From Clostridia bacterium (GTDB lineage Bacteria; Bacillota; Clostridia; Christensenellales; Aristaeellaceae), in NCBI GenBank assembly GCA_900769075.1, contig CAAGFE010000111.1:752-64751 (forward strand): 64,000 nucleotides of DNA. Direction: 5' to 3'. Positions 36,637 to 46,364 of this stretch are shown here, one piece after another. The position numbers and the translations under genes were made by a program. How positions within the stretch are numbered: the stretch's first letter is position 1; each line of letters starts with the position of its first letter. The notes beneath the pieces are model-generated. The model was not told the origin of the DNA. It did no database searches and was given only the letters and a program-made list of their open reading frames with translations.

Positions 36637-37801
36637 TTGTCTTCACCAGCCTGCACAGGTACAGCTTGCAGTCGTGCCCCTCGATGTGGGGATTGAAAAA
36701 ATCGGAAACCGGGCCGAGATGTTCGCCGGTGAACACGTCGGTCATGTCCAGGGCAACGCCGCCGGTGACGGGCAGCCCCATGTCCACAAATTCACCGTGC
36801 ACCTCCGCGCCCTCATCCGCCAGGTTGGCGTAGAAAAGCGCAAACTCGTTGTCCGTCAGGTGGCGCAGGAGGATGAACGCCGAATCCGGCACAGGGCGCC
36901 ACTGACCATTCGCTGTGATGATCACGCTGTCCCGGCGGACAAGGTAGGGCGCGCGGCATTCCTCATCCTGATTGATCCGCAGCAGCGTCCTGTTCTGCAT
37001 CAGCTCCCTGTAAACGGGCGCCAGATTGCGCAGATCGGCGCCCATCATCAGCGGCACGCCGCACAGGCACCACAGGGTGAACTGGAGCCGGTATTCCTCG
37101 TAGGTGCAGACCTTGCCCAGCCCCACGTTGCCCTTGCCGCACATGCCGACGGTCAGCATGTCCATATCGTTGAAGCAGCAGCTGCCGGACATGCACAGCT
37201 TGTCCAGCTGGGACTTGACAATGTCAGTGAAGGACTGGAAATTGTCGAAGATATCGCCCGTGGAGCGGTACATGTGCGCGCCGATCTGGCGCATCCACTG
37301 GCCGGGCTCCTGCTGGCCCCAGTTGCAGGCGGAGAAAAGGATCTCCCGGCCCGTGGCCTTCAGCGCCATGGACATGGTCAGATACCGGGCCTTGCAGTTG
37401 CCGGAGGACGGGAAGTTGCAGAAGTCGTACTTGAGGAAGTCCACGCCCCAGTCCGCGAAGGTTTGGGCGTCGACAAATTCGTGGTCGTAGCTGGCCGGAT
37501 ACCCTGCGCAGGTGCGCGCCCCGGCACAGGAGTACATGCCGAATTTCAGGCCCTTGCTGTGCACATAATCCGCCACGGCCTTCATGCCATGGGGGAATTT
37601 CTGCGGGTCGGGCACGAGTCTTCCGTCCGCGCCGCGCTGGCGAAGGCTCCAGCAATCGTCAATGACCAGGTATTCATAGCCTGCATCCCTGTAGCCCTCG
37701 CTGACCATGTGATCCGCGATTTCCCGGATGAGGGCCTCGCTGATGTTCGAGCCGAAGGTGTTCCAGGAATTCCAGCCCATCGGGGGCGTGCGTGCAATCA
37801 T
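36629..37801 (-). CDS. GH27 family alpha-galactosidase (or alpha-N-acetylgalactosaminidase-type), cytoplasmic, 390 aa
   Basis: MIARTPPMGWNSWNTFGSNISEALIREIADHMVSEGYRDAGYEYLVIDDCW is a canonical GH27 N-terminus. AGGAGG RBS. Confidence 0.85.
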   Translation of the reverse strand: MIARTPPMGWNSWNTFGSNISEALIREIADHMVSEGYRDAGYEYLVIDDCWSLRQRGADGRLVPDPQKFPHGMKAVADYVHSKGLKFGMYSCAGARTCAGYPASYDHEFVDAQTFADWGVDFLKYDFCNFPSSGNCKARYLTMSMALKATGREILFSACNWGQQEPGQWMRQIGAHMYRSTGDIFDNFQSFTDIVKSQLDKLCMSGSCCFNDMDMLTVGMCGKGNVGLGKVCTYEEYRLQFTLWCLCGVPLMMGADLRNLAPVYRELMQNRTLLRINQDEECRAPYLVRRDSVIITANGQWRPVPDSAFILLRHLTDNEFALFYANLADEGAEVHGEFVDMGLPVTGGVALDMTDVFTGEHLGPVSDFFNPHIEGHDCKLYLCRLVKTNA

Positions 37802-38060
37802 GTTGATTTTCCTCCTTTATCCTTCCCTGCGGGAAGCCGCGATCTATGGGATAGCAATTCGCGCTGAAACGGGAGAATCCTGCCGCGCCCCGCATTTCTT
37901 TGAAACCCCGGCGCGGAGAGGCCCCGCTTGTACAGGTTGCACAAAACCGTTTTTGCTGCGCATGAGGAGAAGGAGCGTCCGAAAGAAGCAAAAAATGAGC
38001 ATAAATCGGAGGGAAATCAGAAAAAACCGTCACAAAATTTGCTGATTTGGCAAAATTTCC

Positions 38061-38090
38061 TTGACAAATATGATATGATACATGTAAAAT
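38061..38090 (+). promoter_or_regulatory. Putative promoter of module 2 (-35 TTGACA, 18-nt spacer, TG-extended -10 TAAAAT) in AT-rich divergent intergenic region
   Basis: TTGACAaatatgatatgatacaTGTAAAAT. Confidence 0.5.
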
Positions 38091-38123
38091 AGATTCGGTT
38101 ACAAATTGTTCAAAATCACCGAA

Positions 38124-38152
38124 TCCGAGGAATGATACACTCGGAGCTTTTT
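38124..38152 (+). promoter_or_regulatory. Leader hairpin (6-bp stem TCCGAG/CTCGGA, 10-nt loop) followed by GCTTTTT between promoter and RBS; possible attenuator
   Basis: Direct reading. The stem is short, so stability is modest. Confidence 0.25.
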
Positions 38153-38175
38153 CGGTGCGTTGGAGGAGTGATGCT

Positions 38176-39630
38176 ATGCGGATACGCAAAATCGCAGCGA
38201 TCCTTCTGGCCGCCCTGCTGGGCATGAGTCCCCTCGCCGCCGCAGCGGAGGACGCCATCCCCAACCGCAGCCTGCCCATGCCCAAGTTCATGAAGAACGT
38301 GGCAGTCCATGATCCGTCGATCATCAAGGCAGACGACGGATACTATTACATTTACGGCTCCCACATGGCAGCGGCCCGAAGCAGCGACCTGATCGACTGG
38401 CAGATGATCTCCGCCGGGCCCTCCAATGCCGCCTGCACGCTGGTGGACAACGTGCAGACCCAGATGCAGGAAGCGCTCTCCTACGCCAGGACGACCACCT
38501 TCTGGGCGCCGGACGTGGTGCGGCTGGCCAACGGCACCTATGTGATGTACTACTGCACCTGCGAGGGCTCCAGCCCGCTGTCCGCCCTGGGCATCGCCTA
38601 TGCGGACAAGCCGGAAGGCCCCTTTGTCAACCAGGGCATCATCCTCAAATCCGGATACAGCGGGTATAACGCCACGGTCTACCCCAACGCGGTGGATCCC
38701 TGCACCTTCTTTGACAAAGAGGGCAGGCTGTGGATGGTCTACGGCTCCTACTCCGGCGGCATCTACATCCTGGAGATGGACCCCGAAACCGGCTTCCCGC
38801 TGACCGGGCAGCCCACCTACGGCAAACGGCTGCTGGGCGGCAATCACGCCCGCATCGAGGCGCCCTACATCCTGTACAGCCCGGATACGGACTACTACTA
38901 CCTGTTCCTGTCCTTCGGCGGGCTGGGCGCGGCGGACGGATACAACATCCGCGTCTGCCGGTCGAAGAACCCCGACGGCCCCTATGAGGACGCCCTGGGG
39001 CAGGACATGATCAAGTGCATGGGTCGCCCCGGCACCTTCTTCAACGACCCGGATTACGAGCCCTATGGCGTGAAGCTCCTGGGCGGCTACGAATTCCTCG
39101 CGGCCGAGGGCGACAGGAACCGCATCACCGTCGCCTACCGCAGCCCCGGTCACAACAGCGCCTATTATGATGAAGAAACCGGGCGGTACTTCCTCGTGTT
39201 CCATACCCGCTTCGCCAACAGCGGCGAGTCCTTCCAGGTGCGCGTCCATCAGATGTACATGAACGCCGAGGGCTGGCCGGTGGTGTCCCCGCTGCGCTAC
39301 GCGGGCGAGAAGCCGGAAACGGTGGATGCGTCCCTGCAAACGGGTGCGTACAAGGTGCTGCTGCACGAGCGGGACATCAACAAGGCGGAGCATGAGAGCC
39401 AGGTGATGACGCTGAACGCGGACGGAACCGTCACCGGCGATCACACCGGCACCTGGGCCTGCGAGGACGGCGTGAACGTCCAATTGACCCTGGACGGTCT
39501 CGCCTACACCGGCGTGATGCATACCGCCCTGGATGCTTCCCAGCGAACCTGGGTCACCTGTATTTCCGCACTGGATGAAAACGGCGCTGCGCTCTGGGCC
39601 ACCCGGGCGTACAGCAACGATCAAGAATGA
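38176..39630 (+). CDS. Secreted GH43 family endo-alpha-1,5-L-arabinanase-like enzyme, 484 aa
   Basis: Signal peptide MRIRKIAAILLAALLGMSPLAAAA. VHDPSIIKADDGYYYIYGSH is an arabinanase-type GH43 N-terminal blade. GGAGG RBS 8 nt upstream. Stop overlaps the next gene start as ATGA. Confidence 0.75.
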   Translation: MRIRKIAAILLAALLGMSPLAAAAEDAIPNRSLPMPKFMKNVAVHDPSIIKADDGYYYIYGSHMAAARSSDLIDWQMISAGPSNAACTLVDNVQTQMQEALSYARTTTFWAPDVVRLANGTYVMYYCTCEGSSPLSALGIAYADKPEGPFVNQGIILKSGYSGYNATVYPNAVDPCTFFDKEGRLWMVYGSYSGGIYILEMDPETGFPLTGQPTYGKRLLGGNHARIEAPYILYSPDTDYYYLFLSFGGLGAADGYNIRVCRSKNPDGPYEDALGQDMIKCMGRPGTFFNDPDYEPYGVKLLGGYEFLAAEGDRNRITVAYRSPGHNSAYYDEETGRYFLVFHTRFANSGESFQVRVHQMYMNAEGWPVVSPLRYAGEKPETVDASLQTGAYKVLLHERDINKAEHESQVMTLNADGTVTGDHTGTWACEDGVNVQLTLDGLAYTGVMHTALDASQRTWVTCISALDENGAALWATRAYSNDQE

Positions 39631-42551
39631 ATGGGGTGAATCGCTTGCGCACAAGGATGCTTGTACTGGTCATGGCATTGTGCTGCCTGTTCTCCTTCGC
39701 CCTGGCGGAGGACGCCATGACAACGCAGACCGTGGAAACGCTCTATACCGCGCTTTCCAGGGGTTACACGCTGCCCGTCTACGCGGGAGAGGATGTGAGG
39801 GCGGAAACCGCCCTGTCCCTGCCGCTGAACGCGACGGGAGAGGTGACGGTGACCGCGCCGGAGGACGCCCAGTATGAAATCTGGCTGTCCTACGTCAACA
39901 CCACCACCTCGACCCTGCCCACGGAAATGACCGTGACCATCGACGGAAAGGTGCTCTGCGCGGAAATGCAGCGCGTGAAGTTCAATTCCATCTGGGTGGA
40001 TGACGGCGTTTTCCCCACGGATCGCTACGGCAACGAGATCGCCACCACGCCCTATCCGGCGGAGGGCACCCTGGACGCCGGCATCTGCGATTCCACCTTC
40101 CGCACCGCCGAGCCCATGCTCTTCGAGCTGACGGCCGGTGAGCACACCCTCCGCTTCTCCGTGCAGGACGGCGGCATGGAGGTTTCCGCCGTGACGCTGA
40201 AGGCGCCCGTCCAGGTGCCCGAAAAGCAGAGCGGCGATGCCAAGGGTGACAAGCTCATTGTCATCGAGGCGGAACAGATTGCGGCCCGCAACGAGTCCGC
40301 CATCCGCGGCGCGGGCGAGTTCAACGCCCGGCTGTCCCCCTACGACAACAACTACCGCAGGGTGAACTTCCTCGACGGCGCGTCCTTCGATGAGGCGGGC
40401 GATATGGTCACCTGGCGCTTCACCGTGGAGGAAAGCGGCTGGTATTACCTGGGCGCTTACTACCGCCAGTCCGCCCGCGCGGATTTCCCCACCTATGTGG
40501 ACATCTACGTGGACGGCGCGATCCCCCATCAGGGCGCCCAGCGGGTCGCCTTTGACTACACCACCTCCTTCAAAACCATGCAGGCCAAGGCCGGGGACGA
40601 ACCGCTGACGCTCTACCTGGAAAAGGGCGAGCACACCCTGTCCTTCTGCATCAATGCCGCCCACCTGACCCCTGTGTACGAGACCATCGACGTGCTGCTG
40701 GACGAGATCAACGTCCTGTCCAACGACGTCAAGTCCCTCATGGGCGGCGCCACGGCGGATGCCTACCGCACCTACAACATGCTCAAGAATTTCCCCGACC
40801 TGGTGGAACGCCTCAATGGCTGGGCCGACCAGTGCGAGGAATGCGTGGCGTACACCAGGCAGTTCTCCTCCAAGCAGTCCGGCGCAGCGTTCTCCTCCAT
40901 GACCCTGAGCGCGGATCAGCTCCGCCGCCTGGCCGAGGAGCCGGAGAACCTGCCCCGCCGCATGTCCGAGTTCTCCACCGGCTCCAACTCCGCTGCCCGC
41001 ATGCTCGCCCTGCAGCTGACCGACATGGCTGTCAACGACCTGTCCATTGACCAGATTTACCTCTACCAGGCGGACGCCAAGCTGCCCGCCAAGGTCAACT
41101 GGCTCCAGAACATGTGGGCGGGCGTGGAGCGCTTCTTCACCTCCTTCACCAAGAAGGACTACACCGCAGGCGCCGCCAAGGAGACGACCTGGGTGGACAA
41201 GAACGGCAAGGAACAGCCGGTTATCCAGGTGTGGATGGGCCGCAGCCGCCAGTATGTGGAAACGCTGCAGAACATGATCGACACCCAGTTCACGCCCGAA
41301 ACCGGCATCAAGGTCAACCTGTCCCTGATGCCCGACGCGAACAAGCTGGTGCTGGCCAATGCCGCCGGGACCGCGCCGGACGTGGTGCTGTCGCTGCAGT
41401 ACGTCGTGCCCTCCTACCTGAACATCCGCGGCGCGCTTTACGATCTGACAAAGTTCGAGGACTTCGGGGAGGTCGCCCAGCGCTTCTCCAGCGGCCTGTT
41501 CATCCCCTACACCCTGAAGGACGGCATCTACGCCATGCCCGAAACGGTCAACTTCTGGGTGATGTTCTACCGCAAGGACATCCTGGAATCCCTCCAGATT
41601 GAGGTGCCGGACTCCATGGACGAGGTCAAGCTCATCCTGCCCGAGCTCCAGCGCCGCTCCATGAATTTCTACTTCCCCACCGCCGGCATGGTCGGCACCA
41701 AGGTGTTCCCGGGCACGCTGCCCCTGATCCTCCAGTCCGGCGGCTCCATCTATGACACCACCATCGGCGATACCACCCTGGACAGCGAGATCTCCCTCAA
41801 GGGCTTCCGCGAGATGACCGAGCTGTTCACCGTGTACAACATGCCCACGGACGTGCCCTCCCCCGGCTTCTACCAGCAGTTCCGCGACGGCACGCTGCCC
41901 ATCGGCATTGCTGATCTGTCCACCTACAACCTGCTGCTCAACGCCGCGCCCGAGCTGGACGGATTGTGGGACATCGCCCTGTTCCCCGGCCTGACCAACG
42001 ACAGCGGCGAGGTGGAACGCTGGACCACCGGCGGCGCGGAAACCATGGCGATCATGTCCGCCGCCGAGGACCACGACCGCCTGGACGAAAGCTGGACCTT
42101 CCTGAAGTGGTGGTCCTCCGCGGAAGTCCAGAGCCAGTTCGGCAACCTGCTCCAGTCCACCTACGGCTCCGAGTACATCTGGCCCACCGCCAATACCCAG
42201 GCCTTCTCCGAGCTGCCGCTGCGCAGCGCCCACAAGAAGGTCATCATTGAGCAGATGGAGTGGATGACCGAAGCGCCCTGGGTGCTGGGCACCTATATGC
42301 TGGAGCGCGAGCTGTCCAACGCCTTCATCTCCGTGACGGCGGACGGCGTGGAGGCCCGCCGCGCGATGGATACCGCCGTGAAGCGCATCAACCGTGAAAC
42401 CTACCGCAAGCTGGAAGAATTCGGCTATTACAAGGACGGGCAGATGCTCGAGGAATTCCCGACCCCCACGGCGGAGGTTGTGAAGAGAATCATCGAGGAA
42501 TGGAACGCCGCCCATCCTACCCATGATGCAGAGGAGGGTACAGTGCAATGA
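39627..42551 (+). CDS. Large secreted bipartite glycan-binding/solute-binding protein (module 2), paralog of 9666-12503, 974 aa
   Basis: Signal peptide ...[17 protein letters not shown]. Two CBM-like repeats ([12 protein letters not shown] and [12 protein letters not shown]). C-terminal SBP domain [18 protein letters not shown]... is colinear with module-1 protein. Confidence 0.7.
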   Translation: MNGVNRLRTRMLVLVMALCCLFSFALAEDAMTTQTVETLYTALSRGYTLPVYAGEDVRAETALSLPLNATGEVTVTAPEDAQYEIWLSYVNTTTSTLPTEMTVTIDGKVLCAEMQRVKFNSIWVDDGVFPTDRYGNEIATTPYPAEGTLDAGICDSTFRTAEPMLFELTAGEHTLRFSVQDGGMEVSAVTLKAPVQVPEKQSGDAKGDKLIVIEAEQIAARNESAIRGAGEFNARLSPYDNNYRRVNFLDGASFDEAGDMVTWRFTVEESGWYYLGAYYRQSARADFPTYVDIYVDGAIPHQGAQRVAFDYTTSFKTMQAKAGDEPLTLYLEKGEHTLSFCINAAHLTPVYETIDVLLDEINVLSNDVKSLMGGATADAYRTYNMLKNFPDLVERLNGWADQCEECVAYTRQFSSKQSGAAFSSMTLSADQLRRLAEEPENLPRRMSEFSTGSNSAARMLALQLTDMAVNDLSIDQIYLYQADAKLPAKVNWLQNMWAGVERFFTSFTKKDYTAGAAKETTWVDKNGKEQPVIQVWMGRSRQYVETLQNMIDTQFTPETGIKVNLSLMPDANKLVLANAAGTAPDVVLSLQYVVPSYLNIRGALYDLTKFEDFGEVAQRFSSGLFIPYTLKDGIYAMPETVNFWVMFYRKDILESLQIEVPDSMDEVKLILPELQRRSMNFYFPTAGMVGTKVFPGTLPLILQSGGSIYDTTIGDTTLDSEISLKGFREMTELFTVYNMPTDVPSPGFYQQFRDGTLPIGIADLSTYNLLLNAAPELDGLWDIALFPGLTNDSGEVERWTTGGAETMAIMSAAEDHDRLDESWTFLKWWSSAEVQSQFGNLLQSTYGSEYIWPTANTQAFSELPLRSAHKKVIIEQMEWMTEAPWVLGTYMLERELSNAFISVTADGVEARRAMDTAVKRINRETYRKLEEFGYYKDGQMLEEFPTPTAEVVKRIIEEWNAAHPTHDAEEGTVQ

Positions 42552-43432
42552 TCACCAGCAAGAAAACGCCGTATCTGTTCCTGCTGCCCTATCTGCTGCT
42601 GTTTACGGTGTTCATCATCATCCCCGTGGGCATGGCGGTGATCCTGTCCTTCACCAACTACAACGCCGTGCAGACGCCCCAGTTTGTCGGCCTGACCAAC
42701 TACATCAACCTGTTCACCCAGGATACCATCTTCCTGCAGTATGTGCTGCCCAACACGCTGGTGTTCTCCATCATCGTGGGCGTGGGCGGCTACATCCTCA
42801 GCTTCGCGCTGGCCTGGTCCCTCAGCCAGGTGCCCAAGGCGCCCCGCACCGTGCTGGCGCTGATCCTCTACTCGCCCTCCATGACCGCCGGCGTGGCCAT
42901 GAGCGTGGTGTGGCGCACGGTGTTCCTGGGCAACCAGAGCGGCATCGCCAACTATGTGCTGACCTCCCTAGGCATCATCAACGAGCCCATCCTGTGGCTG
43001 TCCAACGCCACCTACATCATGCCCATCGTCATCATCGTGGCGCTGTGGTCCTCCATGGGCGTGGGCTTCCTGGCGATGCTGGCAGGTCTGCTGAACGTCA
43101 GCCCCGAGCTGTATGAGGCCGGCGCCATCGACGGCATCAAGAACCGCTTCCAGGAGGTCATCTACATCACGGTTCCCTCCATGAAGCCCCAGATGCTCTT
43201 CGGCGCGGTCATGGCGGTCACCAGCGCCTTCCAGCAGGGCTCCATCGGCGTGATGCTGACCGGCTCCAACCCCACCCCGTCCTACGCGGCCCAGCTGATG
43301 GTCAACCACGTGGAGGACTACGGCTTCATCCGCTATGAGATGGGCTACGCAGCTGCGGTTTCCGTGGTGCTGCTGGGCCTGATCTACGCGTTCTCCTTCG
43401 TGGCCCGCAAGCTCTTTGAAGAAAAGGATTAA
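42548..43432 (+). CDS. CUT1 ABC transporter permease, MalF-type (module 2), 294 aa
   Basis: ATGA overlap with the upstream stop. EAGAIDG permease loop. Paralog of 12500-13408. Confidence 0.8.
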   Translation: MITSKKTPYLFLLPYLLLFTVFIIIPVGMAVILSFTNYNAVQTPQFVGLTNYINLFTQDTIFLQYVLPNTLVFSIIVGVGGYILSFALAWSLSQVPKAPRTVLALILYSPSMTAGVAMSVVWRTVFLGNQSGIANYVLTSLGIINEPILWLSNATYIMPIVIIVALWSSMGVGFLAMLAGLLNVSPELYEAGAIDGIKNRFQEVIYITVPSMKPQMLFGAVMAVTSAFQQGSIGVMLTGSNPTPSYAAQLMVNHVEDYGFIRYEMGYAAAVSVVLLGLIYAFSFVARKLFEEKD

Positions 43433-43448
43433 GAAAGGAGGGAATCCC

Positions 43449-44315
43449 ATGGCAGTTGGCGGAACCAAGGTAAACCCCAAAAAGTTTGAAAAATCCCAGC
43501 TCCCGCTTTACGTCTATCTGCTGCCCCTGGCGGTCTTGATGGGTGCGCCGATTGTGTACATCGTGTGCCATGCCTTCAAGCCCATGGACGAGCTGTTCGC
43601 ATTCCCCCCGAAGTTCTTCGTCTCGAATCCCTCGGGCATCAACTTCACCAACCTTTTCCAGCAGGCGGCCAGCTCCACCGTGCCCTTCTCCCGCTATGTG
43701 TTCAACTCCCTGGTGGTGACGGCGGCGGTCGTCGTGCTGTCCATCCTGATTTCTACCATGGCAGCCTTCGCCCTGAGCAAGATGAAGTTCCGGCTCAAGG
43801 GCACGATCATGGAGATCAACAACCTGGCGCTGATGTTCGTGGCGACGGCCGTGGTCATCCCGCGCTACCTGACCATCTCGGCCATCGGGATCCTGGATTC
43901 CTGGTGGGCCCACATCCTGCCCCTGATCGCCATGCCTGTTTGTCTGTTCCTGATCAAGCAGTTCATGGATCAGGTGCCGGACTCCCTCCTGGAGGCCGCG
44001 CAGCTGGAGGGCGCCAACGCCTTCACCATCTACCTGAAGATCATTCTTCCCATGGTGAAGCCCGCCATCGCCACCGGCGCGATCCTGTCCTTCCAGCAGG
44101 TGTGGAACAACACCGAAACCTCGAACCTGTTCACCTCGACGGAAAGCATCCGCACGCTGGCGTTCTACATGAACACCCTGTCCGGCGTGGGCACGGTGCA
44201 GGGCCAGGGCATGGCGGCGGCTGCGGCGCTGATCATGTTCGTCCCGAACCTGGTGCTGTTCATCGTCAGCCAGAGCGCGGTCATGAACACCATGGCCCAC
44301 TCCGGATTGAAGTAA
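43449..44315 (+). CDS. CUT1 ABC transporter permease, MalG-type (module 2), 288 aa
   Basis: AAAGGAGG RBS. LEAAQLEGANAF loop. Paralog of 21086-21949. Confidence 0.8.
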   Translation: MAVGGTKVNPKKFEKSQLPLYVYLLPLAVLMGAPIVYIVCHAFKPMDELFAFPPKFFVSNPSGINFTNLFQQAASSTVPFSRYVFNSLVVTAAVVVLSILISTMAAFALSKMKFRLKGTIMEINNLALMFVATAVVIPRYLTISAIGILDSWWAHILPLIAMPVCLFLIKQFMDQVPDSLLEAAQLEGANAFTIYLKIILPMVKPAIATGAILSFQQVWNNTETSNLFTSTESIRTLAFYMNTLSGVGTVQGQGMAAAAALIMFVPNLVLFIVSQSAVMNTMAHSGLK

Positions 44316-44327
44316 AGGAGGATCGAG

Positions 44328-46364
44328 ATGAAGAAATATGCAGCCTGGCTGCTCCTGATCCTTCTGGCGTTTACCGGTCTGACCGCGCAGGCCGCTACAC
44401 CCTACCGCACCTATACCCAGGGCACCGACCGGGATCTGGTGGAAACCCAGACCGCCTACGAGCCCATCCGCACCATGATCCGCTTCGGGGATGAAACCCT
44501 CAAGATGCCCCAAGATATGCGCATGGGCCCCGATGGGTACCTCTACATTGCCGACAACGGCAACAAGCGCATCCTCGTCATTGATACGGAGGGCAACTTC
44601 ATCCGCGAAATCGTGGACAAGAAGAACATGAAGAGCCCCATGGGCGTGTTCGTGGACGATGACCTCAACGTCTACGTCGCGGACGACAAGGCCCGGGCGG
44701 TGCTGGTGTATGACAAGGACGGCAAGTTCGTCATGGAATACACCAAGCCGACCCACCAGCTCTTCGGTGACACCGCGCCCTATGTGCCCCAGAAGATCGT
44801 GCTGGACAAGCGCGGCAACCTCTACATCGTCTCCAAGGGCAACACCAACGGCATCGTCCAGATCAGCCCGGTGGGCGGCGGCGAGTTCCTGGGCTACTAC
44901 GGCGCGAACGCCTCCCGCATCTCCTTCCTGACCCGCATCCGCCGCGTCATCTTCGGCGAAAACTCCGCCGCGGTGGGCGACATCGTCCCGATTTCCGTCA
45001 AGAACCTGACCATCGACCAGAAGGGCATGGTCTACACCGTCACCGAGGCCGCGGACGAAAGCTCCCTGCGCCGTCTGAACGTGGCGGGCAAGTCCACCAT
45101 GACGCCTGAATGGTGGATCGAGCTGAACAGCGCGGTGGCGGTCAATTCCTCCAACTCCATCTTCACCGCCAACGCCAACGGCTTCATCATGGAGTACACC
45201 TCCGAGGGCGATCTGCTCTTCCTCTTCGGCGCCAACGACGCCCAGAGCGAGCAGCGCATCGGCATGTTCAAGTCCGTCACCGGATTGGTGGTCACCGATG
45301 ATTACACCATCTACGTCCTGGACGCGAACCTGAACAGCATTCAGGTGCTCAAGCCCACCGAGTTCACCGACCTGGTGCATCAGGCGTTCACCCTGTTCCA
45401 GCAGGGCAAGTACGCCGAGTCGAAGGTGCCGTGGACGGAGGTTCTGCGCATGAACTCCCTGTTCACCTACGCCTCCACCGGCCTGGGCGAAGCGCTTTAC
45501 CGCGAGGGCAACTACGAGGAGGCCATGGAGGCCTTCCGCAACGGCGGCTACCGCCAGGGCTATTCCGACGCCTGGTGGGAGCAGCGCTCCAACCTGCTGC
45601 ACACCAACATGTCCACCGTGATCTATGTCGCCGTGGCGGTGATCGTGCTGTGGGTGGTCATCAAGCAGCTGGACAAGCGGTTCCACATCCTCAATCCCCT
45701 TCGCTTTGTGGGCCGCAGGATCGGTTCCGTCAAGCTGGTCAGCCAGGTGGGCTGGAGCACCATGATGCTCCGGAACCCCTACGACGCCTGCTACGGCATC
45801 AAGCGGGAAAAGCGGGCGAGCTGGCTGAGCGCCGTCATCGTGCTGCTGGCCTTCTTCGTGCTGTATGTGGCGAACAAGTACTTCGCGGGCTTCCTGTTCA
45901 AATCCATGCCCGATGGGTATTACGAGCTGATCAACGACTTCCTGATCGTCTTTGGCCTGTTCCTGCTGCTGACGATCTGCTGCTACCTGGTCTGCACCAT
46001 CACCGACGGCGAGGCGCGCTTCCGGGATATCTTCATCAGCGCCGCCTACGCGCTCATCCCGATGATCGTGTTCCTGCCCATCCGCCTGGTGCTGACCAAC
46101 GTGCTGACCTATAATGAAGAATTCTTCATTACGCTGATTGACTTTGTGTCCATCGGCTGGACGGCGCTGCTGATCGTCCTGATGCTGATGTACCAGAATG
46201 ACTATACCCTCAAGCAGACCCTCAAGACCATCTTCCTGACGCTGTTCTGCGTGCTGGTGGTGGTGGCGCTGATGGTTGTGCTGTACATGCTGATCAGCCA
46301 GCTGGTGGACTTCGTTGTGTCCATCTACGGAGAGGTGGTGTATCGCTTTGTTAAGAAGGTTTAA
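44328..46364 (+). CDS. Signal peptide + NHL-repeat beta-propeller + TPR + Yip1-family polytopic membrane domain protein (module 2), 678 aa
   Basis: MKKYAAWLLLILLAFTGLTAQA. DGYLYIADNGNKRILVID... NHL blades. LFQQGKYAESKVPWTEVLRMNSLFTYASTGLGEALYREGNYEEAM (TPR). LRNPYDACYG Yip1 motif plus five TM helices. Confidence 0.7.
   Translation: MKKYAAWLLLILLAFTGLTAQAATPYRTYTQGTDRDLVETQTAYEPIRTMIRFGDETLKMPQDMRMGPDGYLYIADNGNKRILVIDTEGNFIREIVDKKNMKSPMGVFVDDDLNVYVADDKARAVLVYDKDGKFVMEYTKPTHQLFGDTAPYVPQKIVLDKRGNLYIVSKGNTNGIVQISPVGGGEFLGYYGANASRISFLTRIRRVIFGENSAAVGDIVPISVKNLTIDQKGMVYTVTEAADESSLRRLNVAGKSTMTPEWWIELNSAVAVNSSNSIFTANANGFIMEYTSEGDLLFLFGANDAQSEQRIGMFKSVTGLVVTDDYTIYVLDANLNSIQVLKPTEFTDLVHQAFTLFQQGKYAESKVPWTEVLRMNSLFTYASTGLGEALYREGNYEEAMEAFRNGGYRQGYSDAWWEQRSNLLHTNMSTVIYVAVAVIVLWVVIKQLDKRFHILNPLRFVGRRIGSVKLVSQVGWSTMMLRNPYDACYGIKREKRASWLSAVIVLLAFFVLYVANKYFAGFLFKSMPDGYYELINDFLIVFGLFLLLTICCYLVCTITDGEARFRDIFISAAYALIPMIVFLPIRLVLTNVLTYNEEFFITLIDFVSIGWTALLIVLMLMYQNDYTLKQTLKTIFLTLFCVLVVVALMVVLYMLISQLVDFVVSIYGEVVYRFVKKV

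Noticed and set aside
37936-37960. Considered GCACAAAACCGTTTTTGC as a cre (CcpA) or AraR operator
   Set aside because: The centre is an odd-length CCG and the arms are offset by one base. It matches neither the cre WTGNAANCGNWNNCW nor the AraR ATTTGTACGTACAAAT consensus well enough. Kept only as an unnamed palindrome in a finding.
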